Assembly: GCA_963816355.1 (NCBI GenBank)
Contig: CAWFKH010000003.1
Span: 320,001-384,000, forward strand
Length of the DNA: 64,000 bases
Direction of reading: 5' to 3'
Source of the DNA: an uncultured Gemmatimonadales bacterium
GTDB lineage: Bacteria; Gemmatimonadota; Gemmatimonadetes; Longimicrobiales; RSA9
Below, in pieces: positions 26,037 through 35,737 of this stretch. Both the position numbers and the translations under genes were made by a program. The notes beneath the pieces were generated by a model. It did no database searches. It saw only the letters and a program-made list of their open reading frames with translations, and was not told where the DNA came from. The number at the start of each line of letters is the position of its first letter. Positions within the stretch are counted from its first letter, which is position 1.

Positions 26037-28744
26037 TGTGAGGCGCCCTCGGTGACGGGCGCGGGCGGCGTCGACTTGCGGTCGCGGAACTCCTGGTAGA
26101 GCCGCGTCTGCTTCGAAGCGAGCGACACCTCCCTGCCGCCGATGAACATCCGCTCGACGTGGCTCACGATCTGGAGCGGGTCCCCATCGGTGACGATCAC
26201 GTCGGCTCTCTTGCCAGGGTCGAGGCTGCCCATGCGGTCGCCGAGCCCCAGGATCTCCGCCGCCGACAGGGTCAATCCGCGCAGCGCTTCCTCGGGCGCG
26301 AGACCGTAGGCGACGGCGCGGGCCCCTTCGTACGGCAGGTTCCGCAGCTCCGACACGCCTTCCGGGCTGAACGACGTGGTGAAGGCGATCTTGACGCCGG
26401 CGCCGTGGAGGATCGCCGCGTTGCGCCACACGCCGGTGACCGGGTCGTCGCGGTCGTCGGCGGGGATCAGCTCGGAGCCGACGATCACGGGGATCGAGCG
26501 GCGTGCGAGCTGGCGGGCCACGTGGAACGCCTGCTGGCCGCCGGCGAGGACCGCCTTCACCCGGGGGAAGCTGTCGAGGAACATGAAGAGCGTGCGTATG
26601 TCGCGCTCGCGGTCGGCGATGAAGATCACCGGCAGCTCGCCCTTCATCGCCGGGGCGAGCGCCTGGAGCAGTTGTTCGTTGGACGGATCCACGTTCGGCT
26701 CGAACGGCCGCGTGGGGTCCTGGCGCGTCGAGGGCCGCTCCGCGTACAGGCGCGCCCGCTTGAAGAGCGCGAGGAGCTGCTCGATCCCCTCTCCTTCCAG
26801 CTTCGGCGCGTCCCAGCTCTCTCCCTTCGGGCGCGGGAAGTCGACGACGATCGCCGCGCGGTCCCGGATCGCCATCTTCTCCGGGGTGTCGCCGACGAGC
26901 TGCACCACGGAGCCGGCGCCGCGGATCGTGCCGCTGGAGGGTGCCGACAGCACGGCCGTGACGCCGTTCGCGCGGCCCACCGGGATCGCGGCGCTGTAGG
27001 GATTGATGCCGTAGAGCGCGCGGATGTTCGGGTTGAAGTCACCGATCTCGCGGTCGTCGCGGGCAGGCTGGATCGCGTCGATCTCGACCATGCCGACCGA
27101 AGTGAGCGGATCGATGAGGCCCGGGTAGACCTGCTTGCCCGCGGCATCGACCACGCGCGCACCCGCGGGCACCGGCACCTCGCCGCGCGTGCCGACCGCG
27201 CGGATGCGGCCGTTCTCCAGGACGACGACGCCGTTCTCGATCGGCGCGCGCGAGACCGGGTGCACGGTGCCGCCGACGATCGCCGTGAGCGGCGCGTCCG
27301 CGACGGGCGCCATCAGGTTGCCCGGATCGACCGGATCCGGCACCGCGCCGCCGTCGTCGCGGGTGGCGACGGCGACCGGACCCGTGTCCGCCTTCTGCGG
27401 CGGGGCAATGGCGGGCGCGTCCGCGATGGCGCGGACCGGCTCGCCGCGCGCCTCCGCCTCCTTCGAGCGGTCGTAGTAGACGATGCCGTCGATGATCGTC
27501 TTCTCGACGCGCGAGAAGGTGTTGAAGGGGTCGCCGTCGAGGAGAACGACGTCGCCCTGCTTGCCGACCTCGAGGCTTCCGACCTTGTCCTCGACGTGGA
27601 TCTGCTTCGCCGGGTTGAGGGTCAGCATCTTCAGCGCCTCCTGCTTGGAGACGCCGCCGTACTTGACCGGCTTGTTCATTTCGTAGATGAGGAAGGATTG
27701 AAGCCACGGGATGTCCGAGTTGATCGAAGTGAGGACGCCGTGGTCGTGCAGGATCGCCGGGTTGTACGGGATCGCGTCGTACGCCTCGAGCTTGTACATC
27801 CACCAGTCGGCGAAGGTGGAGGCGCCCATGCCCGCCTCGCGCAGCTCGTCGGCCACCTTGTAGCCTTCGAGCACGTGCGTGAAGGCGTCGATCGTGAAGC
27901 CGAAGCGCTGCGCGATGCGCGCGAGCATGAGGATCTCGTCGGCGCGATAGGAGTGCGCCGTGACGCGGATGCGGCCGTGCATGATGTCGGCGAGCGCCTG
28001 CAGCCGGAGGTCCTTGCGCGGTGGAACGCGGAACGCCTTCGGATTGCTGCGGTAGTCCGCCCACGCCTTCTCGTACTCCTGCGCGGCGGTGAACGCCTGT
28101 ACGTAGATCGCCTCCACTCCCTCGCGCGAGGCGGGGAAACGCGTCTGCCGGCCGCCGTTCTTCTGCGTCACGTTCTCGCCGAGCGCGAACTTCACCGTGC
28201 GTGGTGCGCCGTCGAGAAGGAGCTGCCACGGGTCGTCCATGCCCCAGCGCGTCTTGATGATCGCGTTCTGGCCGCCGATCGGGTTCGCGCTTCCGTGCAG
28301 GATCTGCGCGGTCGTCACGCCGCCGGAGAGCGCCTGGTAGATCGCGAAGTCGTGCGGGTCGAGCTCGTCGATGACGCGCACTTCCGGCACGACCGGCGCC
28401 GTCCATTCGTTGGAGTTGCCTCCCGCCATGGCGATGTGCGAGTGCTGGTCGACGACGCCCGGCATCGCGGTGAGGCCGTGGCCGTCGATCACCGTCGCGT
28501 TCGCCGGCGCGGAGACGGCGGAGCCGATCGCGCGGATGATGCCGTCCCGGATCAGGATCGAGACGCCGTGCTGCACCGGTCCGGCGGCGGTCCACACCGC
28601 GTCCAGGTCACGGATCAACAGGGTCCCGACCGGAGTGGCGACGCCGTTCGCCTCCGTCTGCGTGTCCCACTGCTGGGCGGCGAGGGGCGCCGCGGCGGCG
28701 GCCGTCAGGAGGGCGGCGGTCGCCGCGCGCAGCCCGTTCGTCAT
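26033..28744 (-). CDS. secreted tandem amidohydrolase (two amidohydrolase domains)
   Basis: GGAGGAG RBS and signal peptide; domain 1 PGVVDQHSH, KFALGEN, AHSY, THVLE, NSD; domain 2 PGLIDPLT ... GSLDPGKRAD. Confidence 0.88.
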   Translation of the reverse strand: MTNGLRAATAALLTAAAAAPLAAQQWDTQTEANGVATPVGTLLIRDLDAVWTAAGPVQHGVSILIRDGIIRAIGSAVSAPANATVIDGHGLTAMPGVVDQHSHIAMAGGNSNEWTAPVVPEVRVIDELDPHDFAIYQALSGGVTTAQILHGSANPIGGQNAIIKTRWGMDDPWQLLLDGAPRTVKFALGENVTQKNGGRQTRFPASREGVEAIYVQAFTAAQEYEKAWADYRSNPKAFRVPPRKDLRLQALADIMHGRIRVTAHSYRADEILMLARIAQRFGFTIDAFTHVLEGYKVADELREAGMGASTFADWWMYKLEAYDAIPYNPAILHDHGVLTSINSDIPWLQSFLIYEMNKPVKYGGVSKQEALKMLTLNPAKQIHVEDKVGSLEVGKQGDVVLLDGDPFNTFSRVEKTIIDGIVYYDRSKEAEARGEPVRAIADAPAIAPPQKADTGPVAVATRDDGGAVPDPVDPGNLMAPVADAPLTAIVGGTVHPVSRAPIENGVVVLENGRIRAVGTRGEVPVPAGARVVDAAGKQVYPGLIDPLTSVGMVEIDAIQPARDDREIGDFNPNIRALYGINPYSAAIPVGRANGVTAVLSAPSSGTIRGAGSVVQLVGDTPEKMAIRDRAAIVVDFPRPKGESWDAPKLEGEGIEQLLALFKRARLYAERPSTRQDPTRPFEPNVDPSNEQLLQALAPAMKGELPVIFIADRERDIRTLFMFLDSFPRVKAVLAGGQQAFHVARQLARRSIPVIVGSELIPADDRDDPVTGVWRNAAILHGAGVKIAFTTSFSPEGVSELRNLPYEGARAVAYGLAPEEALRGLTLSAAEILGLGDRMGSLDPGKRADVIVTDGDPLQIVSHVERMFIGGREVSLASKQTRLYQEFRDRKSTPPAPVTEGASH

Positions 28745-28767
28745 CGCTCTCCTCCGCGTAGCCGGGC

Positions 28768-30591
28768 TCACGCGTCACCTCCCGGGCCGGACGTGCGCCG
28801 GCCGGTCCAATCGACGTTGCCGGTCGGGGCGGTGGCGGTGCCGTTCGCCCGCTCGCCCTTCACGCTGCCGGTCAGCTCCACGCTCATGGACTGCCCCCCT
28901 GCGTTCACGTCGACCGTGATCGTGACGTTCTCGCCCGTCACCTTGCCGCTCGCCGGGAAGGTGCCAAATCCCCCGATCTCCATCGTGCCGCTCAACTCCG
29001 TTCCGTTCTGCGTCAGCTTGAGCGTCGCGCCAGGCAGCGCGTTCGCGGCGCCGGAGAACTCGATCGACCAGGTTCCGCCGACCTGAGCCGTCGCCGCCGA
29101 CGCGTCCCCGTCGCCGCCTTTCGAGCCGGAAGCGGCGCGTTCGAGGCCGCCTTGGACGAAGGTGTAGACGATCCTGCTGCCCTTCTCGAAGAGCGGGCCG
29201 TCGGTGACCACGAAGGTCGCCGGCAGCCCTGCTTCCACCCTCGCCGTGGCCGGCGTTCCGTACAGCGCGGCCGGCGTGGCGGTGAGCGCGCGCAGCGCGT
29301 CCTCGGCGCTGAGCCCGTACTCGATCGCCTTGCGCGTCCCCTCGACGATGTCCGCCTTGCCGCCGCCGCTGGTGAGCGCGAAGCGCACCCCGGCCTTCGC
29401 CAGCCGACCGGCGTTGGCGTAGATGTCCTCCAGCCGCGCCTTCTCCCGCAGGGCGCCGGGGCTTGGCGGCTCCGGCGTCTTCGCGGCGGCGCTGTCCGGC
29501 GCGGCCGGCTTCGCCCCCGCGCTGTCGGCGGACGGCGTCGTCCCCGCGCTGTCGGCGGGCGGCGTCGTCCCCGCGCTGTCGGCGGACGGCGGCTTCGCTC
29601 CGGCACTGTCGGCGGCCGGCTTCTTCTTCTCGGCGGCGGGCATCCACCGCTTCGGCTTCGGGAAGTCGAGCGACACGAGCACCGGGATGTCGCGTGCCTT
29701 GAGGAGGTCGGCGACCTTCCACGCCTCGGCGCCGCCTGCGATCACGGGGTGCAGGCGGAACTCGTCGGAAATGCGGAGGACGCGGCGAATGTCGTCCGCG
29801 GAGTTGGCGAGCCAGTACACGGTCGTGCCGCCGTCGATCGCCTCCCGCACGACGGCGTAGTCAGGATCGAAGGCAGCGGGCGCGACGCCGTGCGGGTCGC
29901 GCGCGGCGGCGTCGGCGATCTGCGCCCGGCGGGATGCGTCGAGGAACGTCTGGCGGTACCAGGCGATCGCGCCCATGAGGGTAGCGGGGTAGACGCCCTT
30001 GCCGCCCACCAGCGTGAAGACGGGCCCGAGCTGCGGCTGGAGCACGAGGGCCTCGGGGTCGGACACATCGGTCCGCAACAGGAGGACGGCGCCGCGGCCG
30101 GGCATGAGCGCGTCGGCGGGCTGGACCGCGACCTCGACGACGCCCTTCTTCCGCAGGTCGGCCAGGTCCTTGCCGGTGGCCTTCAGGTAGTCCACGACGC
30201 GGCGGTGCGGCATGAACCCCCGGAGGGAGCGTGGCGGGTCCCATGAGCGGACCTTGGCGCGGTCGACCTCCTCCTTGGGGAACTCGTAGCTCACGCTGCC
30301 CCAGCCATCCACGATGCCGGGGTAGACGAGGAGGGAGTCGCCCTCCAGGAGCTGCGCGTCCGCCGGAACCGCCGCGCCCGGGCCGATCGCATCGATGAAG
30401 TCGCCGCGCACGACCAGCGTCATGCCGGTCGAGCGCGTGCCATCCGCCGCCACCACGGTCACGCCCTTCAGCGCGTAGGCGGCGGGGGCGGGTGGGCGGG
30501 TGAACTGGGCGTGCAGCGCCAGAGGAACGGCGAGCAGCGCGGCCGCGATGCGCGCGACGCGCGGCGCCCGGAAGGCGCATCCATGCGTCAT
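28768..30591 (-). CDS. secreted amidohydrolase-fold protein (degenerate metal site) with C-terminal beta domain
   Basis: Signal peptide; YPGIVDGW, YPATLMG, ALRALTATPA, GTWSIEF beta domain; alternative start at 30600. Confidence 0.8.
   Translation of the reverse strand: MTHGCAFRAPRVARIAAALLAVPLALHAQFTRPPAPAAYALKGVTVVAADGTRSTGMTLVVRGDFIDAIGPGAAVPADAQLLEGDSLLVYPGIVDGWGSVSYEFPKEEVDRAKVRSWDPPRSLRGFMPHRRVVDYLKATGKDLADLRKKGVVEVAVQPADALMPGRGAVLLLRTDVSDPEALVLQPQLGPVFTLVGGKGVYPATLMGAIAWYRQTFLDASRRAQIADAAARDPHGVAPAAFDPDYAVVREAIDGGTTVYWLANSADDIRRVLRISDEFRLHPVIAGGAEAWKVADLLKARDIPVLVSLDFPKPKRWMPAAEKKKPAADSAGAKPPSADSAGTTPPADSAGTTPSADSAGAKPAAPDSAAAKTPEPPSPGALREKARLEDIYANAGRLAKAGVRFALTSGGGKADIVEGTRKAIEYGLSAEDALRALTATPAALYGTPATARVEAGLPATFVVTDGPLFEKGSRIVYTFVQGGLERAASGSKGGDGDASAATAQVGGTWSIEFSGAANALPGATLKLTQNGTELSGTMEIGGFGTFPASGKVTGENVTITVDVNAGGQSMSVELTGSVKGERANGTATAPTGNVDWTGRRTSGPGGDA
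29485..29620 (-). repeat. 27/30-bp tandem repeats encoding a (P/A)DSA linker
   Basis: (G/A)CTGTC cores at 29491, 29521, 29548, 29575 and 29605. Confidence 0.8.
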
Positions 30592-30742
30592 CTCGGACAT
30601 TCCTGTTGGGGACAGCGTCAAGGCGTGGAGCGTGAACTTCGGCGCCGTCTCGACTTCCTGTCAAGCCGGGGCTCGAGCGCCGCGGCGTCTCGTTGAAAGC
30701 GTGCCGACGCCCGGGGTGCGCATCGCCGTCTGCGCGTGAGCG

Positions 30743-30772
30743 TTGACTTCGCCCGCCGCGCCCGCCTACACT
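30743..30772 (+). promoter_or_regulatory. sigma70 promoter
   Basis: TTGACT-N18-TACACT. Confidence 0.65.
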
Positions 30773-30817
30773 CGCCTCGGGTCACCGAGGATCTTCCCCC
30801 GCCAGCCCAGGCTGCCG

Positions 30818-32662
30818 ATGATCACGCCCAGCGGCTACCTCCACCACGTCGCACGCGCGTCGTCTCGACGCTCCGCGGACCCCGCCCCCAGCCTCACCAC
30901 GGAGGCGGGCGACGAGCTGCTCCGCTTCCAGATCCGCGCCTTTCTGCGGTTCGCGGAGGCGCGGCGCAAACAGGGGCGGCTCGCGGAGGCGGCGGAGGCG
31001 TACCGCCGCGTGCTCGCGCTGCACCCGTCGAACCGAACGGCGCTCTTCGGTCTGGGCGAGATCGCCGCCGAGCCGGCGCCGCCGCCGCGGGAGCCGGAGC
31101 CGCCGGCGACGCGCGTCGAGGTCGCCGTCACGGTCGCGCATGCGCCCTCCGGGCGGCACGCATTGCCGGCCCACGTCGAGATCCGCATCCCGCGCCCACC
31201 GCCCGCGCCCCGCCCCGCGGGCCCGACCGCCGCCGCGTACTTCGCGCGGCTCCTCGCGTGGCGCGCCGCCCCGGCCGCCGCGCCGGCCGCCCGGCCCGAG
31301 CCGGTACCGTCGGAGCCCGTGGCGGCCGCCCGGCCCGAGCCGGTACCGTCGGAGCCCGCGCCGGCCGCCCGGCCCGAGCCGGTACCGTCGGAGCCCGCGC
31401 TGGCCCCCGCGCTCGCGGCACTGCTCGTGGGGGTGCTGGAGTACCGCGCGCCCGGCGTTCGCGGGCGGGCCGGCCGCACGCGCGCGCTCGCCCTGCAGCT
31501 CGGGCGGGAGCTCGGCGTCGCGGAGCCGGATCTGCAGCGACTCGACCTGGCGGCGTCGCTCTCCGCCGTTGGCGGAGCGCTCGATCTGCTCGCCGACGTG
31601 GCGATTCCGGAGGGCGTCGCGGCGGCGCTCCGCCACCGCGCCGACCCCTGGGATGGCGCGGCGCAGCCTGGCGCGGCGCAGCCTGGCCCGGCGCAGCCGG
31701 CGGGCGAGGCGATCCCGCTCCTGGCGCGCATCCTCGCGGTCGCCTGTGCGTTCACGCGGCGTGCAGATGCCGGTGCGGCGGTCGCGCGCGCCGTCGCGGA
31801 AATCGAAGCGGAGGCGGGGCGCAGGTTCGATCCCGGCGTCGTCGCGGCGGCACGGCGTGTCCTGGCGGGTGGGGACCTCCGGGCGCTCGGCCTGGGCCGC
31901 GGCGGCCGCATCCTGCTCGTGAGCGGCGAACGCGAGCGCTCCGCCGGCGCCGTGCTGGCGGCGCGCTTGGCGGTGGCCGGATACGCCGTCGAAGCGGTGG
32001 AGGCAACGCCGGCCGACGTGCTGGACCGCGTCCGCGCGGGCGACGCGGAGGCGGTGCTCCTGTCGGCGTCGTGCCCGTGGCGAGAGGCGGAGCTGCTGCT
32101 GACTGCGTTGCGCGCCGAGCCGGCGGCGCGCGAGGTGCCGGTCCTGGCGCTCGACGCGCCGACGCCCGCCCGCGCTGCGTCGCTGCTGGCCGCGGGGGCC
32201 GACGCCTGCGTGAGGGCGGAGGCCGGTCTGAGGGAGCTGCGCGAGGCGCTTTCGGTACTCCTCGGACGGGAGGCGCGGCGTCGCCAGGAGGCGCCGTTGG
32301 AGGACCGCGGCACCGCCGGCGATGCGCGCGATGCCCACGCCCTGAGCGGCGACCTCGGGGAGTTCGCGCTGCCGTGGCTGCTGCAGATGCTCGGCTACGG
32401 CGCGCGCACGGCGGCGGTCTCGGTGCGCGGCGCGGCGGGCGAGGGCGTCGTGTACGTGGAGCGAGGCGAGCCGAGCGACGCCCGTATCAGCGGCGCCGCC
32501 GGCGGGGAGCGCGGTGAAGCGGCGCTGGCGAAGATGCTCGCCTGGCGCAGCGGGCGGTTCGTGGTGCGACTCGGCCGGGAAGCGCCGGAGCGCACGATCC
32601 GGCGGCCGCTCCTGGCGCTGCTGCTCGGCGGCGCGCCCGGCGGTCCCTACATGCGGCGGTAG
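30818..32662 (+). CDS. TPR + degenerate HD-GYP + pseudo-receiver + DUF4388 (PatA-N-like) signalling protein
   Basis: EAAEAYRRVLALHPSN; GEAIPLLARILAVA, AGRRFDPGVV; RILLVS...AGADA; LSGDLGEFALPWLLQML...WRSGRF. Confidence 0.75.
   Translation: MITPSGYLHHVARASSRRSADPAPSLTTEAGDELLRFQIRAFLRFAEARRKQGRLAEAAEAYRRVLALHPSNRTALFGLGEIAAEPAPPPREPEPPATRVEVAVTVAHAPSGRHALPAHVEIRIPRPPPAPRPAGPTAAAYFARLLAWRAAPAAAPAARPEPVPSEPVAAARPEPVPSEPAPAARPEPVPSEPALAPALAALLVGVLEYRAPGVRGRAGRTRALALQLGRELGVAEPDLQRLDLAASLSAVGGALDLLADVAIPEGVAAALRHRADPWDGAAQPGAAQPGPAQPAGEAIPLLARILAVACAFTRRADAGAAVARAVAEIEAEAGRRFDPGVVAAARRVLAGGDLRALGLGRGGRILLVSGERERSAGAVLAARLAVAGYAVEAVEATPADVLDRVRAGDAEAVLLSASCPWREAELLLTALRAEPAAREVPVLALDAPTPARAASLLAAGADACVRAEAGLRELREALSVLLGREARRRQEAPLEDRGTAGDARDAHALSGDLGEFALPWLLQMLGYGARTAAVSVRGAAGEGVVYVERGEPSDARISGAAGGERGEAALAKMLAWRSGRFVVRLGREAPERTIRRPLLALLLGGAPGGPYMRR
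31280..31399 (+). repeat. 39-bp tandem repeat x3 (AARPEPVPSEPxx)
   Basis: GGTACC cores at 31303, 31342 and 31381. Confidence 0.9.
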
Positions 32663-34323
32663 CGCGGACCGCTGCCGCCCTCGCGCGGCGTCCAACGGGG
32701 TCCGAGGACATCGGTCGCCTTGCAGTCGATGCAGTTCGGCGCGTTGACGACGAGGCGGTCGCCGTCGCGCTCGTAGACGCCGGCGGGGCACATGTGCGCG
32801 TAGAAGTCGGCGAGGTCGGGCGGCACGTCCTCGCCGACGATCAGGTGCTGCGGGATGTCGTCGCGCGTCTGGTTGCCCGCCTTGAACACCGCGTCGAGCT
32901 TGCGGATGGTGAGCGGCCCTTCGGCCGGGGCGGGGAAGCGGCCCGGCTTGCGCTCTTCGGCCGCGTCGGGCTCGGCGTGGATGCGGCCGGCGGGGAAGCG
33001 GCCGCCGGTGAGCGTCATGAGGGCCGCCTTGGCGCCACCCCATGCGAGGCCGTCCTTGAAGGCGAGGCGCATGTTGCGGCGCGCGTGCAGGTCGCGGGCG
33101 ATGTAGGAGCTGCGAACCATGCGATCGTAGGCGGCGAGCTTGTCGGTGCCGTCGTCCACGGTGAGCGCCTCGAAGATGGCGCGCGCGGCGTAGATGCCCG
33201 ACTGCATCGCGTAGTGGATCCCCTTGAGCGATGCGACGTCGACGAGTCCGGCGGCGTCGCCGAGCAACAGGACGCCGTCGCCCCACAGGCGCTCCGGGAT
33301 GGCGTGGTAGCCCCCCTCCGGGATCGTCTTCGCGCCCCATTCGACGAGCTCGCCGCCCTCCAGGTAGGGGCGGAAGAGCGGGTGCAGCTTCATGCGCTGC
33401 ACCAGCTCGTGGACGTCGAGGTCGGCCTCCGGATAGTCGAGGCCGACGACGAGCCCGATGGAGACGAGGTTCGGCTCGAGCGGGTAGACGAAGGATCCGC
33501 CGAACGCGTCGCCGGGCAACGGCCAGCCGAGCGTGTGGATGATCCGGTCGAGCGGCCGCTTCGTCTCCCACAGCTCCTTGACGCCGAGCGCGTAGATCTG
33601 CGGGTTCTTCGAGGTGACGCCACGCCACTTCCGCCACGCCTGAGACAGCGCGCCGCGCGTGCCTTCGGCGAGCGCGGTGACCTTCGCCACGACGTCGGTC
33701 GCCGGCATGCCGCCGGCCGTCGGACGCCCCTCCCGGTCGAGGCCCGAGGGAACGGTGCGGACGCCGCGCACGCGGTGGCCGTCGACGAGCAGTGACGCCG
33801 CGGGGAAGCCGGTGAAGACGTCGACGCCCGCTTCCTGCGCCTTCTCACCCATCCAGCGTACGACCTCGCAGATCGAGGCGACGTGGTTGCCCGCGTTGTG
33901 CATCGTCGGCGGCGTGGGGATCGGGATGGCGCGGCTGCCGGTGAGGAAATAGACCGATTCCTCGTCGACGCGTTGCCGCAGCGGCCATTCCGCTTCCGGC
34001 ACGTCGGGGAACAGCTCGCGCAGCGCGACCGGGTTCACCACGGCACCCGAGAGGCAGTGCTCGCCGAGCCCCTCCGCCTTCTCGAGCACGGCGATCGAGA
34101 GGCCGCCGCCCCGCCGGCCCGCCTCTTCGGCGGCGCGGCTGAGGCGGGCGAGCTCGATGGCGCCGGCGAGGCCGGCCGGCCCGCCGCCCACGAAGAGGGC
34201 GTCGACCTCCACCGCCTCCTCGCCGGGCGGCTCCGAGAGGACGAGCCGATCGAGAGGGAGATCCGGCTGGAATCGGGCCGGAACGAAGCGGGCGCCGCCG
34301 CGCGGGTGCGTGCTGTCCGTCAT
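32647..34323 (-). CDS. electron transfer flavoprotein-ubiquinone oxidoreductase (FixC/FixX-like)
   Basis: VGGGPAGLA, HCLSGAV, AEGTRG, ALGVKELW, WGAKTIPEGG, KGIHYAMQSG, CPAGVYE, NCIDCKA, WTPREGGSGP. Confidence 0.93.
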   Translation of the reverse strand: MTDSTHPRGGARFVPARFQPDLPLDRLVLSEPPGEEAVEVDALFVGGGPAGLAGAIELARLSRAAEEAGRRGGGLSIAVLEKAEGLGEHCLSGAVVNPVALRELFPDVPEAEWPLRQRVDEESVYFLTGSRAIPIPTPPTMHNAGNHVASICEVVRWMGEKAQEAGVDVFTGFPAASLLVDGHRVRGVRTVPSGLDREGRPTAGGMPATDVVAKVTALAEGTRGALSQAWRKWRGVTSKNPQIYALGVKELWETKRPLDRIIHTLGWPLPGDAFGGSFVYPLEPNLVSIGLVVGLDYPEADLDVHELVQRMKLHPLFRPYLEGGELVEWGAKTIPEGGYHAIPERLWGDGVLLLGDAAGLVDVASLKGIHYAMQSGIYAARAIFEALTVDDGTDKLAAYDRMVRSSYIARDLHARRNMRLAFKDGLAWGGAKAALMTLTGGRFPAGRIHAEPDAAEERKPGRFPAPAEGPLTIRKLDAVFKAGNQTRDDIPQHLIVGEDVPPDLADFYAHMCPAGVYERDGDRLVVNAPNCIDCKATDVLGPRWTPREGGSGPRYRRM

Positions 34324-34369
34324 CGCTCACCTGTCCGTGGTGCGTGGCCGTCGTGGCCGGAGCCGTCGC

Positions 34370-35737
34370 TCAGAACGCCGGCTCGCCGGCCGCGGGATCG
34401 AGCTCGTCCAGCGGCAGCGCGATCGCCGTCGCTCCCGCCGGCAGCCCCTCCGCTCCGGCCGGCACGATGACGAGCGCGTCCGCCTCCGCGACGGAGCGCA
34501 GGATGCCGGAGCCCTGGGGCCCCGTCAACCGTGCGCGCCACTCCGCGCCATCGTGCTCGAGCCGCGCGCGGAGGAAGTGGGTCAGCCTCTGGTGCGCCGG
34601 AAACGGCTCGGCGAGGCGCACGGCGAGGGTGCGCGGGTGGACCTGGCGGCGGCCGAGCATGCGGCGGATCGCGGGGCGCACGAGGACCTCGAAGGTCACG
34701 AGCGCCGACACCGGATTGCCGGCGAGGCCGAAGACGGGCAGCCGGCGGGGCGCGGCCGGCGGCTCGGGGCCGCGCGCCGCCGCGGGGACCCGTTCGGCGC
34801 CCGCCGCTTCGGATCCGCGCGGCAGCATGCCGAAGGAGAAGGGGCTTCCGGGCCGCATGGTGACGCGCCAGAAGTCGAGCTGGAAGCCGAGCGACTCCAG
34901 CACGTCCTTGAGCCGATCGTGGTCGCCGACGCTGGCGCCGGCGGACGTCACGAGCGCGTCCGCGTGCGAGGCTGCCTCCAGGTGCTCGCGGATGCTGCCC
35001 TCGTCGTCGCGGGCGATGCCGAGCGGCAGCGGCGTCGCCCCGGTCGCGGCCACGGCAGCGGCGAGGGAGTAGGAGTTGGAGTTGACGATGGCGCGTCCCG
35101 CGACGACCTCCGCGATCCGCTCCGGCTCGACCAGCTCGTCGCCGTTCGAGAGGATCGCGACGCGCGGCCGGCGGTGGGCGAGCACCGTGGCGTGGCCGGT
35201 CGCCGCGAGCAGACCGATCTCGGGCGGCCGGAGGGTGCAGCCGGCCTCCAGGATGCGGACGCCGCGCCGCAGGTCTTCGCCGCGCCGGCGGATGTTGCGG
35301 CGGGCGTCGTCGTCGGAGCGGATGCGGACGGGGTAGGGAAGCTCTCCCGGCCGCTCCGCGTCCCACTGGTCGGTGTGCTCGATGCGGACCACGGTGTCGG
35401 CGCCGGCGGGCACGGGCGCCCCGGTCATGATGCGCGCCGCTTCGCCCGGCCCGAGCGCGCGCGTGGCCGCGTGGCCGGCGGGCACATCCTGGGTGACGCG
35501 CAGCTCGACCGGCCGCGCCTCCGACGCGCCGGCGATCTCCTCCGCCCGCACCGCGAAGCCGTCCATGGCGGAGTTGTCCCACGGCGGCTGGTCGATCGGC
35601 GAGACGATGGGCTCCGCGAGGACGGCACCCAGCGCGTCCGCAAGCGGCCGCTCCGCGGGCGGCAGCGGCGTCACCGCGGCGAGGATCCTGTCGAGCGCCT
35701 CGCGCACGGGCAGCCAGTCGGGACGCCTCCGGCTCAT
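34370..35737 (-). CDS. moeA: molybdopterin molybdotransferase
   Basis: PPWDNSAMDGFAV, IMTGAPVPAGADTV, SNGDEL, NSNSYSL, SVGDHD, MRPGSP, GLAGNPVSA, QGSGIL. Confidence 0.95.
   Translation of the reverse strand: MSRRRPDWLPVREALDRILAAVTPLPPAERPLADALGAVLAEPIVSPIDQPPWDNSAMDGFAVRAEEIAGASEARPVELRVTQDVPAGHAATRALGPGEAARIMTGAPVPAGADTVVRIEHTDQWDAERPGELPYPVRIRSDDDARRNIRRRGEDLRRGVRILEAGCTLRPPEIGLLAATGHATVLAHRRPRVAILSNGDELVEPERIAEVVAGRAIVNSNSYSLAAAVAATGATPLPLGIARDDEGSIREHLEAASHADALVTSAGASVGDHDRLKDVLESLGFQLDFWRVTMRPGSPFSFGMLPRGSEAAGAERVPAAARGPEPPAAPRRLPVFGLAGNPVSALVTFEVLVRPAIRRMLGRRQVHPRTLAVRLAEPFPAHQRLTHFLRARLEHDGAEWRARLTGPQGSGILRSVAEADALVIVPAGAEGLPAGATAIALPLDELDPAAGEPAF

Noticed and set aside
31280..31399. 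39-bp direct repeats as a possible CRISPR array
   Set aside because: No unique spacers, length is a multiple of 3 inside a CDS, and no cas genes
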